Positions 8,091 to 16,148 of a stretch of DNA of 64,000 nt are shown here, piece after piece (positions within the stretch are counted from its first letter, which is position 1; the number at the start of each line of letters is the position of its first letter). The notes below the pieces were generated by a model. It was not told the DNA's origin and searched no databases. It saw only the letters and a list, made by a program, of their open reading frames with translations. This stretch comes from Bacillales bacterium UBA7278. GTDB taxonomy: Bacteria; Bacillota_I; Bacilli_A; RFN20; CAG-826. The translations under genes were made by a program, and so were the position numbers. Location: NCBI GenBank assembly GCA_002472275.1, contig DKRQ01000026.1, positions 25,267-89,266 of the forward strand. The letters run 5' to 3'.

Positions 8091-9716
8091 ATGGTTAAAA
8101 AACAAAAAGGAAAAATCGCCTGCGCCTGGATTATGTTCGTCCTCTCCGCAGCTGCGATCGGCGGCTTCATTGGCCTCCTAGCCGCCTTCAAATATTTGCA
8201 GCCCTTCATGGACGCGCTCGGCAAGGGCGAATTAGTTCAGATTCTGACCTTCCAGGGCCTTAGCACCTTGGGCTGGCCCGCCTACCTAACGCTCGGTGGC
8301 GTCTATGGTGGCGCCCTCTTCTTCCTGATCGGCATCATCTTGATCATCGCGAAGAAGTCGCCGAGGTTCCTAATCCTCCCGTTCCTCACCCTCATCGACC
8401 TCGCCGTCGCCGGCATCGCCTTCTACTATGCCTGGACCCTCATCCCCAACGCGGGCGATAAGACCGTCCCCCTCATCCTCATCGGCGTGATCGCCTTGCT
8501 TGGCCTCATCTGCCTTATCCTCTCCCTCGTCTTCCCCAAGAACCTGAAGAAGGCCGCCGCTGCTGCGGTTGCCGCTCCTAAGGAAGAAGAAGCCGCTCCC
8601 GCCGTGGAAGAAGCTCCCGCGGAAGAAGCCAAGCCCGAAGAAGAGCCCGCTCCCGTCGCTGCCGCTGCTGTGGCCGCTGCCCCCGTCGAAGAAGAGAAGC
8701 CCGAAGAAGAACCTGCTCCCGAAGAGGAGAAACCCGCGGAAGAACCCGTTGAGGAGAAACCCGCTGAGCAAAAACCCGCCAAGAAGAAAGTTCTTCTCGT
8801 CAAGAAAGAGAAAAAGGCCGAAAACGCCGCAAAACCGGCTCCAAAAGCTGTTAAGCCCGCGCCGAAAGTCGCCCCTGCGCCTAAAGCCGCTCCCGCACCT
8901 AAGGCCGCTCCTGCGCCGAAGGCTGCCCCCGTCGCTGCTGCTGCCCCCGTCGCCGCCGCTGCCCCGGCTGCCGCTCCAAAGGAAGCCAAGGTCGTTGGCA
9001 AATACGAAATCTACCCCGAAGCCGGATTCTTCAAATATCGTCTGAAAGCCAATAACGGCGAAATCCTCATCGTCTCCAACGGCTACAAGACCAAGGAATC
9101 CGCTCGCGCTGGTATCGATACCCTCAAGAAGAACGTTCCCCTTGGCAACCACAAGGTCGTCGAGGACAAGAACGGCTATGGCCAGTTCCGTATCTGGACC
9201 GCCAATGACACGAGGCTCGTTGCCGCTGGTGAAATCTATCCGAGCGTCGCCCGTGCCCAAAGCGCCCTAAACTCCGTCATCAAGTTCTACGAAGCCGAGA
9301 AGATCGTCATGCTCGACGACATCCCCGAAAGCGAACACAGGGAATGGCCGGCTGAACTAGGCGAAGTCAACCCGCTTCCTAACGGCAAGTTCGAAATCTT
9401 CGAAAGCGAGGAAAAGGACAAAGTCCAGGGCCGCTTGATCGCCTCTAACGGCGAGGTCCTCTTCACCACCTCGTCCTATTCCTCCAAGGCCGCCCTCCTT
9501 GCTGGCTACGACAAAGTCAAAGCTAGGATCGACGATGGCAACATCACCGTCGCCAGGGACAAACAGAACCGCTATCAGTTCCGCGTCTATAGCGACAACG
9601 GCATGCTCCTATTGATGGGCGAGACCTATCCGAGCAAGGATGGCGCCGTCAGTGCCGCCACCTCCGCCCGCAACTTCATCGACCAAGCCAAGGTCGTTGA
9701 GGCCGAAGCCGAGTAA
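8091..9716 (+). CDS. 4-TM membrane protein (paralog of 7005..8036) with a P/A/K linker and four YegP/DUF1508-like repeats
   Basis: Same N-terminal domain as the paralog (IIAKKSPRFLILPF). C-terminal repeats include FFKYRLKANNGEILIVSNGYKTKESARAGIDTLKKN, GQFRIWTANDTRLVAAGEIYPSVARAQSALNSV, GRLIASNGEVLFTTSSYSSKAALLAGYDKVKA and YQFRVYSDNGMLLLMGETYPSKDGAVSAATSARNFI. These resemble E. coli YegP repeats. The ATG at 8091 is preferred over the TTG at 8073. Confidence 0.75.
   Translation: MVKKQKGKIACAWIMFVLSAAAIGGFIGLLAAFKYLQPFMDALGKGELVQILTFQGLSTLGWPAYLTLGGVYGGALFFLIGIILIIAKKSPRFLILPFLTLIDLAVAGIAFYYAWTLIPNAGDKTVPLILIGVIALLGLICLILSLVFPKNLKKAAAAAVAAPKEEEAAPAVEEAPAEEAKPEEEPAPVAAAAVAAAPVEEEKPEEEPAPEEEKPAEEPVEEKPAEQKPAKKKVLLVKKEKKAENAAKPAPKAVKPAPKVAPAPKAAPAPKAAPAPKAAPVAAAAPVAAAAPAAAPKEAKVVGKYEIYPEAGFFKYRLKANNGEILIVSNGYKTKESARAGIDTLKKNVPLGNHKVVEDKNGYGQFRIWTANDTRLVAAGEIYPSVARAQSALNSVIKFYEAEKIVMLDDIPESEHREWPAELGEVNPLPNGKFEIFESEEKDKVQGRLIASNGEVLFTTSSYSSKAALLAGYDKVKARIDDGNITVARDKQNRYQFRVYSDNGMLLLMGETYPSKDGAVSAATSARNFIDQAKVVEAEAE
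8832..8978 (+). repeat. in-frame tandem 18-bp repeats encoding APAPKA/APVAAA units
   Basis: Units: gcccctgcgcctaaagcc, gctcccgcacctaaggcc, gctcctgcgccgaaggct, gcccccgtcgctgctgct, gcccccgtcgccgccgct. The peptide units are identical while wobble positions differ. Confidence 0.8.
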
Positions 9717-9717
9717 C

Positions 9718-10521
9718 ATGTCGTCCATCCCGTATTCGAAAACCTCGTTTCGCATCGCCCGTCCATGGGGCGAGATGAGGTGCGGATACTGGAAGCCGAA
9801 AAAGAGCGTTAACCCTCTCCCCGCCATAATTTGGATTCACGGGGGAGGGTTTTCTTCTGGCTCCATCGCTTTCCTTTTTAGGAGCATGCCGGCCTATTCC
9901 TCCAAAAGGATTCCCTTGGTCCTCATTTCCCCCTCTTATCGCCTGATGAAGGGGGAGGGGAGCGGATATCCTAACCAGTTGGAGGATTGCTACGCTTGCC
10001 TTTGCTACGTGAAGGAGCACGCGAAAGAACTAGGGATCGATCCTAGTCGCATCATCGTAGGTGGGGAATCCGCGGGTGGCAATCTTGCTGCCGCCACGGT
10101 CCTTAAGGCAACCGATGAAGGGATTCGCCTCATGGGGCAGATTCTCGCCTACCCGATGCTAGATTGCCGACATAGAGAGGCCCATAAGAAGGTTCATCCC
10201 TTGTTTTGGACCGACAAGATGAACCAGAAGGCATGGAAAGCTTATTTAGGCGATAAAGAACCTGACGCCTATGCTTCTCCCTCTTTGAGGGAGGATTTCT
10301 CTTCCCTCCCGCCGACCTACGCCTTCGTGCTCGACGAAGAGCTCTTCTACGAGGAAACGCTCGAATACGTGGAAAAGATGCGGGAAGCGGGCGTGCACGT
10401 GGATTTGGACGTATATAAAGGAAGGATACACGCCTTCGATCAATGGACTCCCTTCACCAAAAAGAGCAGGGTAGCAAAAAAGCGCTTTGCCAAATGGCTA
10501 GGCGCTTTCCTTGACGATTGA
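9718..10521 (+). CDS. alpha/beta hydrolase (esterase/lipase, HGGG-type)
   Basis: Contains IWIHGGGFSSGS and GGESAGGNLAAA (GxSxG). The ATG at 9718 is 2 nt after the stop of the preceding gene. The upstream extension in ORF 9640 overlaps that gene and is rejected. Confidence 0.75.
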   Translation: MSSIPYSKTSFRIARPWGEMRCGYWKPKKSVNPLPAIIWIHGGGFSSGSIAFLFRSMPAYSSKRIPLVLISPSYRLMKGEGSGYPNQLEDCYACLCYVKEHAKELGIDPSRIIVGGESAGGNLAAATVLKATDEGIRLMGQILAYPMLDCRHREAHKKVHPLFWTDKMNQKAWKAYLGDKEPDAYASPSLREDFSSLPPTYAFVLDEELFYEETLEYVEKMREAGVHVDLDVYKGRIHAFDQWTPFTKKSRVAKKRFAKWLGAFLDD

Positions 10522-11490
10522 TTATTGTTTCTTCTGATAGATCTTGAAGATAGAGGACAAAGGTGCGTCGTGGACGATGCGGTAGATGCACTCGGAGAGC
10601 ATCTCGGCCAGGCTGATGACCTTGACCTTCCCTAGCTTTTGGAATCTTTCGTCTAGGGGAATCGAGTCGGTGACGAGGATGCGGTCGAAGGCGCTTTCCT
10701 TGATCAAGTCGTAGCAGGGGTCGGAGAAGGTGGGGTGGACCGCGGCCATCTTGACCGATTTGGCACCGGCATCCTTAAGTGCTTTGGCGCCGACACAGGC
10801 GCTACGACCGGTGTCGATTATGTCGTCGATCATATAACAATCCTTGCCAGCGACTTCACCGATGATGTTCATGACCTCGGGTTCGAGGGTGGATTTGCGG
10901 CGTTTGTCGATGATGGCGATGGGGCAGTTGCCTAAGATGACGGCTAAGTCGCGTGCGCGATTGACGCCGCCATGGTCAGGCGAGACGACGACCACATTGC
11001 TTAGGTCCTTTTCCTCTTCGAGTATGGCAGAGCCTAGAAGAGGGACGGCCGAGAGGTCATCAACGAGGCAGGAGAAGAAGCCCTGAATCTGGGCGGCGTG
11101 GAGATTGACGGTCACGACGCGGTCGATGCCGGCGGTGGAGATAAGATGGGCCACCAAAGCGGAGGTGATCGGTTCCCTTGGTTTGGACTTGCGGTCTTGC
11201 CTGGCGTAACCGAAGTAGGGGACGATCAAGTTGATTTCCTTGGCGGATGCCCTGCGGCAGGCGTCGGCGAAGATCAGGACCTCCATGAGGTTGTCATTAA
11301 CGGGCGGGCAGGTGGATTGGATGATGAAGACCACCTTGCCGCGGACCGTTTCGACGGGCTCGCAAAGGATTTCCCCAGAGGGGAAACGCTTGATGACGTT
11401 TTCGGACACTTCGACGCCGAGGCGCTTGGCGATGTCCGCGGTGAGCTGTTTATTGGCTGATAAGGAGAAAATTACGGTGTTTTCGATCAT
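10522..11490 (-). CDS. prs: ribose-phosphate pyrophosphokinase
   Basis: Full-length PRPP synthetase pattern, including VVSPDHGGVNRA and MIDDIIDTGRS. Confidence 0.95.
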   Translation of the reverse strand: MIENTVIFSLSANKQLTADIAKRLGVEVSENVIKRFPSGEILCEPVETVRGKVVFIIQSTCPPVNDNLMEVLIFADACRRASAKEINLIVPYFGYARQDRKSKPREPITSALVAHLISTAGIDRVVTVNLHAAQIQGFFSCLVDDLSAVPLLGSAILEEEKDLSNVVVVSPDHGGVNRARDLAVILGNCPIAIIDKRRKSTLEPEVMNIIGEVAGKDCYMIDDIIDTGRSACVGAKALKDAGAKSVKMAAVHPTFSDPCYDLIKESAFDRILVTDSIPLDERFQKLGKVKVISLAEMLSECIYRIVHDAPLSSIFKIYQKKQ

Positions 11491-11601
11491 GGGCCAACTC
11501 CTGTTACCGCTCCATTATACAACGAAGACGAGAAGGGAAAATTCCGTTTTAAAAAATAACATTTTTTCCTGACCACTATAAGGCTATATAATAGCGAAAA
11601 C

Positions 11602-12162
11602 ATGAAAGAGATCGTTCTTAGCCAACAAGAGATTTCCGCTATCTGCAAAAGGCTCGGCAAGGAAATCACCCAAGCCCTCGCCTCGGATAAAGAAGCCCCC
11701 GTTCTTTGCTGCGTCATGAACGGCGCGGTCAATTTCATGGTGGACCTCATGAGGGAAATCGACGTCCCCGTCCTTTTCGATTACGTGCAGGTCTCCTCAT
11801 GGGAAGGCACCTCCTCCACGGGGGAAGTGAAATTCATCAAAGACCTCTCCCTCGATATCACGGGCAGGACCCTCGTCATCGTCGAGGACATCGTCGACAC
11901 GGGTTTGTCCATGCACGCGCTGCTTGAACATATCAATAAAACCAGGAAGCCCAAAAGAATCCTCGTCGCCACCCTCTTCGATAAAGCGGTGGCCAGGAAG
12001 GTCCCGGTCCAGGTGGACTTCGTGGGCATGAGGCTCACCGAGAACAAGTTCTTGGTTGGCTATGGTCTCGATTACAAAGGACTCCTAAGGAACGTCCCTT
12101 ACGTATATGTGCCAACGGAAGAGGAAATCGCTTCCTTTGACGAACTTGCCAAAATGAAATAA
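11602..12162 (+). CDS. hpt: hypoxanthine(-guanine) phosphoribosyltransferase
   Basis: LVIVEDIVDTGLS PRPP-binding motif. The size (186 aa) and the C-terminus GYGLDYKGLLRNVPYVY are typical of Hpt. Confidence 0.9.
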   Translation: MKEIVLSQQEISAICKRLGKEITQALASDKEAPVLCCVMNGAVNFMVDLMREIDVPVLFDYVQVSSWEGTSSTGEVKFIKDLSLDITGRTLVIVEDIVDTGLSMHALLEHINKTRKPKRILVATLFDKAVARKVPVQVDFVGMRLTENKFLVGYGLDYKGLLRNVPYVYVPTEEEIASFDELAKMK

Positions 12163-12188
12163 AAATCCGCAAAACGCGGATTTTTTTG
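12161..12188. terminator. bidirectional rho-independent terminator between hpt and upp
   Basis: AAAAATCCGC-aaaac-GCGGATTTTTTT: a hairpin flanked by an A-run and a T-run. Confidence 0.7.
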
Positions 12189-12203
12189 TGATTTGATCGA
12201 ATC

Positions 12204-12833
12204 TTATAAGGTTCCGAAGATCCTATCGCCGGCATCGCCAAGCCCAGGGATGATGTAGCAGTTTTCGTTGAGCTTTTCATCGAGGGCGCCGATATAGATC
12301 TTCACGTCGGGATAGGCTTCCGAAACCGCTTTGACGCCTTCGGGGGCGGCGATGATGGAGAGGAAGCGAATATCCTTGGCGCCATGTTCCTTCAGAAGCT
12401 TGATCGCGTCGAGGGCGGAACCGCCGGTGGCAAGCATCGGGTCAACGAGCAAGACGATGTCGTTTTCTAGCGAAGCGGGAAGGTTGCAATAGTAGGCGCT
12501 TGCTAGATGGGTGACCTCATCACGCCTCATGCCGATGTGGTGAACCTTCGCGCCGGGAAGAACGGCGGAGACGCCTTCCTGCATGCCAATGCCCGCGCGG
12601 AGGATCGGGACGATGACGATCTTATCCTCCTCGATGAAGGGCTTCGTGGTCTTTTGGATGGGGGTCTCGATTTCCTTATCGACCGTTTTGAAATCCTTCA
12701 TGGCTTCGTAGGTTTCCATGACCGCGATCTGCTTGACGTACTGGCGGAAGGTGGCGCAGGGGACCTCTTTCCCGCGGATCGAGGAGATCTTGTGGGTGAG
12801 GAGTGGGTTGTTGATGTAGACGACGTTGCTCAT
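12204..12833 (-). CDS. upp: uracil phosphoribosyltransferase
   Basis: Contains LLVDPMLATGGS and YIIPGLGDAGDRIFGT. Start trimmed to the ATG at 12833 behind AAGGAGAA. Confidence 0.9.
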   Translation of the reverse strand: MSNVVYINNPLLTHKISSIRGKEVPCATFRQYVKQIAVMETYEAMKDFKTVDKEIETPIQKTTKPFIEEDKIVIVPILRAGIGMQEGVSAVLPGAKVHHIGMRRDEVTHLASAYYCNLPASLENDIVLLVDPMLATGGSALDAIKLLKEHGAKDIRFLSIIAAPEGVKAVSEAYPDVKIYIGALDEKLNENCYIIPGLGDAGDRIFGTL

Positions 12834-12859
12834 ATGCTTCTCCTTAAAAAAGAAACCCC

Positions 12860-13378
12860 TCAATGGGGGTATTTGATAAGCGATTCGTAGGGGGCGGAAA
12901 TAGCTTCCTTCCCGTTGAGGTCGGTGAGCTCGATGAGGGTGATGACCCCGACGACCTTGGCTCCGACTTCCTCGAAGAGTTCGATAAGGGCCTCGATCGT
13001 TCCGCCGGTGGCGAGAAGATCATCGACCAAAACGACCCTGGTGCCCGGCTTGATCGCGAAGGCGGGGACTTCGATGGTGTCGGTCCCGTATTCGATGTCG
13101 TAGGTCTTCGAGAGGGTCTTGCCCGGGAGTTTGCCTTTCTTCCTGGCCATGACGAAGCCTTTGCCTAGCTTCTGGGCGAGAGGAAGGGCGAAGATGAAGC
13201 CACGGGCTTCGGGTCCCGCGAGGATGTCACAGTCCCATTTACGGACGATTTTGGCCATGTCTTCGATCGATTCGTCGAAGGCTTTGGGGTCCATGAGCAA
13301 AGGACAGATGTCCTTGAAGGAGATTCCCTTTTTGGGGAAGTCCTCGATGACCCTGATGCATTTTTCGTAGTTCTTCAT
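12860..13378 (-). CDS. apt: adenine phosphoribosyltransferase
   Basis: VVLVDDLLATGGT motif, 172 aa. FPKKGISFKDI at the N-terminus is typical of Apt. Confidence 0.9.
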   Translation of the reverse strand: MKNYEKCIRVIEDFPKKGISFKDICPLLMDPKAFDESIEDMAKIVRKWDCDILAGPEARGFIFALPLAQKLGKGFVMARKKGKLPGKTLSKTYDIEYGTDTIEVPAFAIKPGTRVVLVDDLLATGGTIEALIELFEEVGAKVVGVITLIELTDLNGKEAISAPYESLIKYPH

Positions 13379-13502
13379 AAGCCAGTTGATTTTAACCCTA
13401 ATCCGCGCGCCCGCAAATACATTAATGGAAAAGTTGGGGGTAAATCATGGAAACAAAGCCTCTTCTTGTATATGATGATTCGGACCCTTGGAGGACCTTT
13501 CC

Positions 13503-14054
13503 ATGGCAAAAAAACTTGATCCATTGACCAAACTCAAACTCGTCTACCTGATCGAACTGCTCATTTTCGTCGTTTTGTTCAGCGTTTTGGCTTCCCTTCT
13601 CGTGGCGAAGGTCATCCTCGTCGCGGATTGGAAGAGATATCTCTTCTCCTACGCGACCCTGATCGGAGGCGTTTGGATCATCATCGATTTCTTCTGGACT
13701 CTGAAATCCCCCAAGAAGAGAGTCAAATCCTCTTTGGTGGACAAAGTCGCTCTTTTGCCCGGGGCCATCGGTCTCATCGCCTTTGATATCTATGCCTTCT
13801 CGCAAAACCTCGTCCACATCCCCGAAGGACAGCCGACCGACATCATCTTCAACTACGCGTTAGCGATCGACTTCTATTACCTCGCCGCCGTCTATCTATT
13901 CGAATCCATCTATCACTGGTATAAACCCGTGCCCGCCCTCATGGAGGCCCTTGAGGTCGCAGAAGGTGAGCCCGAGGGCAAAGAACCAAAAGAGGAAACC
14001 CCGGAAGCGGTGGAAGAAAAAGAGGCCCCTTCCGACGAGGAGAAGCCTGAATAA
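13503..14054 (+). CDS. hypothetical 4-TM membrane protein with an acidic P/E-rich tail
   Basis: ATG at 13503 sits 7 nt after GGAGGA. Hydrophobic segments are followed by the tail EGEPEGKEPKEETPEAVEEKEAPSDEEKPE. Confidence 0.5.
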   Translation: MAKKLDPLTKLKLVYLIELLIFVVLFSVLASLLVAKVILVADWKRYLFSYATLIGGVWIIIDFFWTLKSPKKRVKSSLVDKVALLPGAIGLIAFDIYAFSQNLVHIPEGQPTDIIFNYALAIDFYYLAAVYLFESIYHWYKPVPALMEALEVAEGEPEGKEPKEETPEAVEEKEAPSDEEKPE

Positions 14055-14078
14055 AAGAAAAGCGCCGGAGCGCTATTC
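14053..14078. terminator. hairpin terminator shared by convergent genes
   Basis: AAAAGAAA-AGCGC-cgga-GCGCT. On the minus strand the hairpin is followed by TTTCTTTT. The XRE stop codon lies in the stem. Confidence 0.5.
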
Positions 14079-14513
14079 ACTTTCTAGGTCAGCCAAATCG
14101 ACTTTGTAGAAATCGAGGAAGGCCTGAACGAATTCGATGTTCGGGATGGCCTTCCCTTTTTCATACGAGCGGAGGGTCCTGCTCGTGACCCCGAGGGGCT
14201 CCGCGGCCTCGGTCTGGGTAATGTGCCTTTTTTTGCGGTGGAACCTAAGCTTGATCGCGAAGGTGGTCGCATCGAAAGTGCGGGGTTCAATTTGAGGATG
14301 AGTTTCCTCAGAAAGAGACAAAATGTCCTCTGGGGAAAGGCCGATCGCGGCGGATAGGGGATAAAGGGTAGAGATAAGCAAGATGGATTTTCCTTGCTCA
14401 ATCAGGGAGATGGCTTGCGGGGTGTAGCAAACCATGGCCGCGAGCTGAGCTTGGGTCATTTTCTTGGCTTTTCTAGCTTGGGAGATGTAGTGTCCGACCG
14501 CTTCTAGGTTCAT
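14073..14513 (-). CDS. XRE-family transcriptional regulator with two HTH domains
   Basis: Two HTH_3-like segments: KKMTQAQLAAMVCYTPQAISLIEQGK and RHITQTEAAEPLGVTSRTLRSYEKGK. Start trimmed to the ATG at 14513. Confidence 0.7.
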   Translation of the reverse strand: MNLEAVGHYISQARKAKKMTQAQLAAMVCYTPQAISLIEQGKSILLISTLYPLSAAIGLSPEDILSLSEETHPQIEPRTFDATTFAIKLRFHRKKRHITQTEAAEPLGVTSRTLRSYEKGKAIPNIEFVQAFLDFYKVDLADLESE

Positions 14514-14845
14514 CAATTTTTCAATGTAGCAACTAATTCCGTGGAATGTGAGCAAAACCGCCAAAACTCAAAACTATTTCCTTTTTTAGGTGGTTATTTG
14601 GCACTTTTAGGCAGTTTTCATCTTTTGCTTGGAGCTTTTCCTCAATCAGGGAATTTGCCTAAGGAAAGGGGAGACGATGATTTCGGCGTGAAGGGCCGGT
14701 GTCCGGTTTCCTTGTTATTGGCAATCAAAAGGAGGCCATAGGAAAAAAGGGCTTTGATTTGAGACAAATATGCAACGGAATGTTTCTTCTTGGCGAAAGG
14801 GCCAGTTTCCATTTTTCGGGGCTCTAATCAAGCGGTTTTCTCCTT

Positions 14846-14873
14846 TTGCCCAATGGCCTTCCGGAAGTAGAAT
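14846..14873 (+). promoter_or_regulatory. promoter TTGCCC-16-TAGAAT ending 6 nt before the ATG at 14880 (leaderless arrangement)
   Basis: Hexamers read directly. No SD before the ATG. Confidence 0.45.
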
Positions 14874-14879
14874 AAGAAA

Positions 14880-16055
14880 ATGAAAAACTTAGCCGAGATT
14901 TCATCGAATTGCCTTTCCTGCCCGATGCCTAAATGCGAGCCTTTTTGCCCGTGCGGCAATCACATCAGGGATTTCTTCCTAGCGGCGAAATCCGGCGACT
15001 ACGAATTAGCGGCCTCGATCCTGTATTCGGTGAACCCTTTCCCCGAACTTACCTCCGCCCTATGCGATCACGAAAGGCAGTGTCGCGGCCATTGCGTCAA
15101 AAATAGGATGGGCGCCCCCGTGGAAATCCCCTCCATGGAGGCCGCTTTGGGAAAAGCCTTCCCTAGGCCGACCGCGGTCAAAGGAATTAATGGCAAATCC
15201 GTCGCCATTATCGGCGCCGGTCCTGCCTCCCTTTCCGCCTCTTATTTCCTCGCCAAGGAGGGATATTCCGTCGAGGTATTTGAAAAGGAGCAGGGAATCG
15301 GAGGGGCGATCCTCACCGGCATTCCCGATTTCCGTTTCAATAAATCCGCGCTTTCTAGCATCGAAGCCGACTTAAGGAAGATGGGGGTCAAGTTCCATCT
15401 AGGGACGAAGGTCGAAAACGCCCTCGAACTAAAAAAGAGCCACGATTACGTCCTTGTCGCGGTTGGCGCTGAAAAAGAAAACAAAGCCTTCCTCCCCCAA
15501 GCCGAAGGAATCGTCGGCGGTTTGGATTACCTAAGAAATCCAGAAAAAGCGGGGGATGCCAAAACCGCCTATGTTTGGGGTGGGGGCAACGTCGCCATGG
15601 ATTGCGCGCGTACATTAATTAGAAAAGGGAAGAGGACGATTCTTATCTACCGTCGTTCCAGGGCGGAGATGCCCGCGGCGAAAGCTGAAATCGAAGAAGC
15701 CCTATCCGAGGGGGTGGAGCTTTGCGAACTCACCAACATCAAAGACGTTCACCTCTTAAATGGCAGAATCGATTCAATGACCCTTATCAAGATGAGGTTA
15801 GGGGAGCCTGACGAATCGGGGCGTGCCTCCTTCCACGAAATCGAGGGAAGCGAGGAAACGGTTCCTTGTGAGGCCCTGGTCTATGCGTTAGGGGAGAAGC
15901 CCGTCCTCGACCTCCTCATCGATGCAAGCATAGAGGAGGGGTATCAAACCTCCAAGCCCGGAATCTATCTTCTAGGCGATGCTAGGCTCGGCGCGAAGAA
16001 CATCGCTACCGCCATCAAAGAAGGGCGGCAGTGCGCCCAAGAAATCATCGGTTGA
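14880..16055 (+). CDS. GltD-like NAD(P)H-dependent FAD/Fe-S oxidoreductase (glutamate synthase small-subunit family)
   Basis: N-terminal Cys clusters CLSCPMPKCEPFCPC and CDHERQCRGHC. Dinucleotide fold VAIIGAGPASLSASYFLAKEGYSVEVFE, and a second fold VWGGGNVAMDCA. Confidence 0.75.
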   Translation: MKNLAEISSNCLSCPMPKCEPFCPCGNHIRDFFLAAKSGDYELAASILYSVNPFPELTSALCDHERQCRGHCVKNRMGAPVEIPSMEAALGKAFPRPTAVKGINGKSVAIIGAGPASLSASYFLAKEGYSVEVFEKEQGIGGAILTGIPDFRFNKSALSSIEADLRKMGVKFHLGTKVENALELKKSHDYVLVAVGAEKENKAFLPQAEGIVGGLDYLRNPEKAGDAKTAYVWGGGNVAMDCARTLIRKGKRTILIYRRSRAEMPAAKAEIEEALSEGVELCELTNIKDVHLLNGRIDSMTLIKMRLGEPDESGRASFHEIEGSEETVPCEALVYALGEKPVLDLLIDASIEEGYQTSKPGIYLLGDARLGAKNIATAIKEGRQCAQEIIG

Positions 16056-16063
16056 TTCCCATT

Positions 16064-16090
16064 TTAGCAGTCAACACTTGCGAGTGCTAA
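16064..16090 (+). promoter_or_regulatory. CIRCE operator (HrcA binding site)
   Basis: TTAGCAGTC-aacacttgc-GAGTGCTAA has 1 mismatch to the consensus TTAGCACTC-N9-GAGTGCTAA. It lies 59 nt upstream of the clpB ATG. Confidence 0.8.
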
Positions 16091-16105
16091 AATTTCGTTT
16101 AGAAT
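16078..16105 (+). promoter_or_regulatory. clpB promoter TTGCGA-16-TAGAAT overlapping CIRCE
   Basis: Hexamers read directly. AAGGAGG SD at 16134-16140. Confidence 0.5.
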
Positions 16106-16148
16106 AAGGTTGCCCCCGAAAGAGGGTTTTCGAAAGGAGGTAACCTTT

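Noticed and set aside
8832-8978. CRISPR-like or minisatellite reading of the 18-bp repeats
   Set aside because: The repeats are contiguous with no spacers, in frame inside a long ORF, and recoded synonymously. This is a protein-level repeat.
6828-9260. Long alternative-frame and antisense ORFs across the linker regions (6828..7877 -, 7459..7974 +, 8370..9260 -, 8426..9001 -, 8569..9045 +)
   Set aside because: Stop-free frames are a by-product of the repetitive GAA/GCC/CCC-rich DNA that encodes the P/A/E/K linkers. The products are pure low complexity. The chosen frames carry the TM anchors and the folded C-terminal domains.
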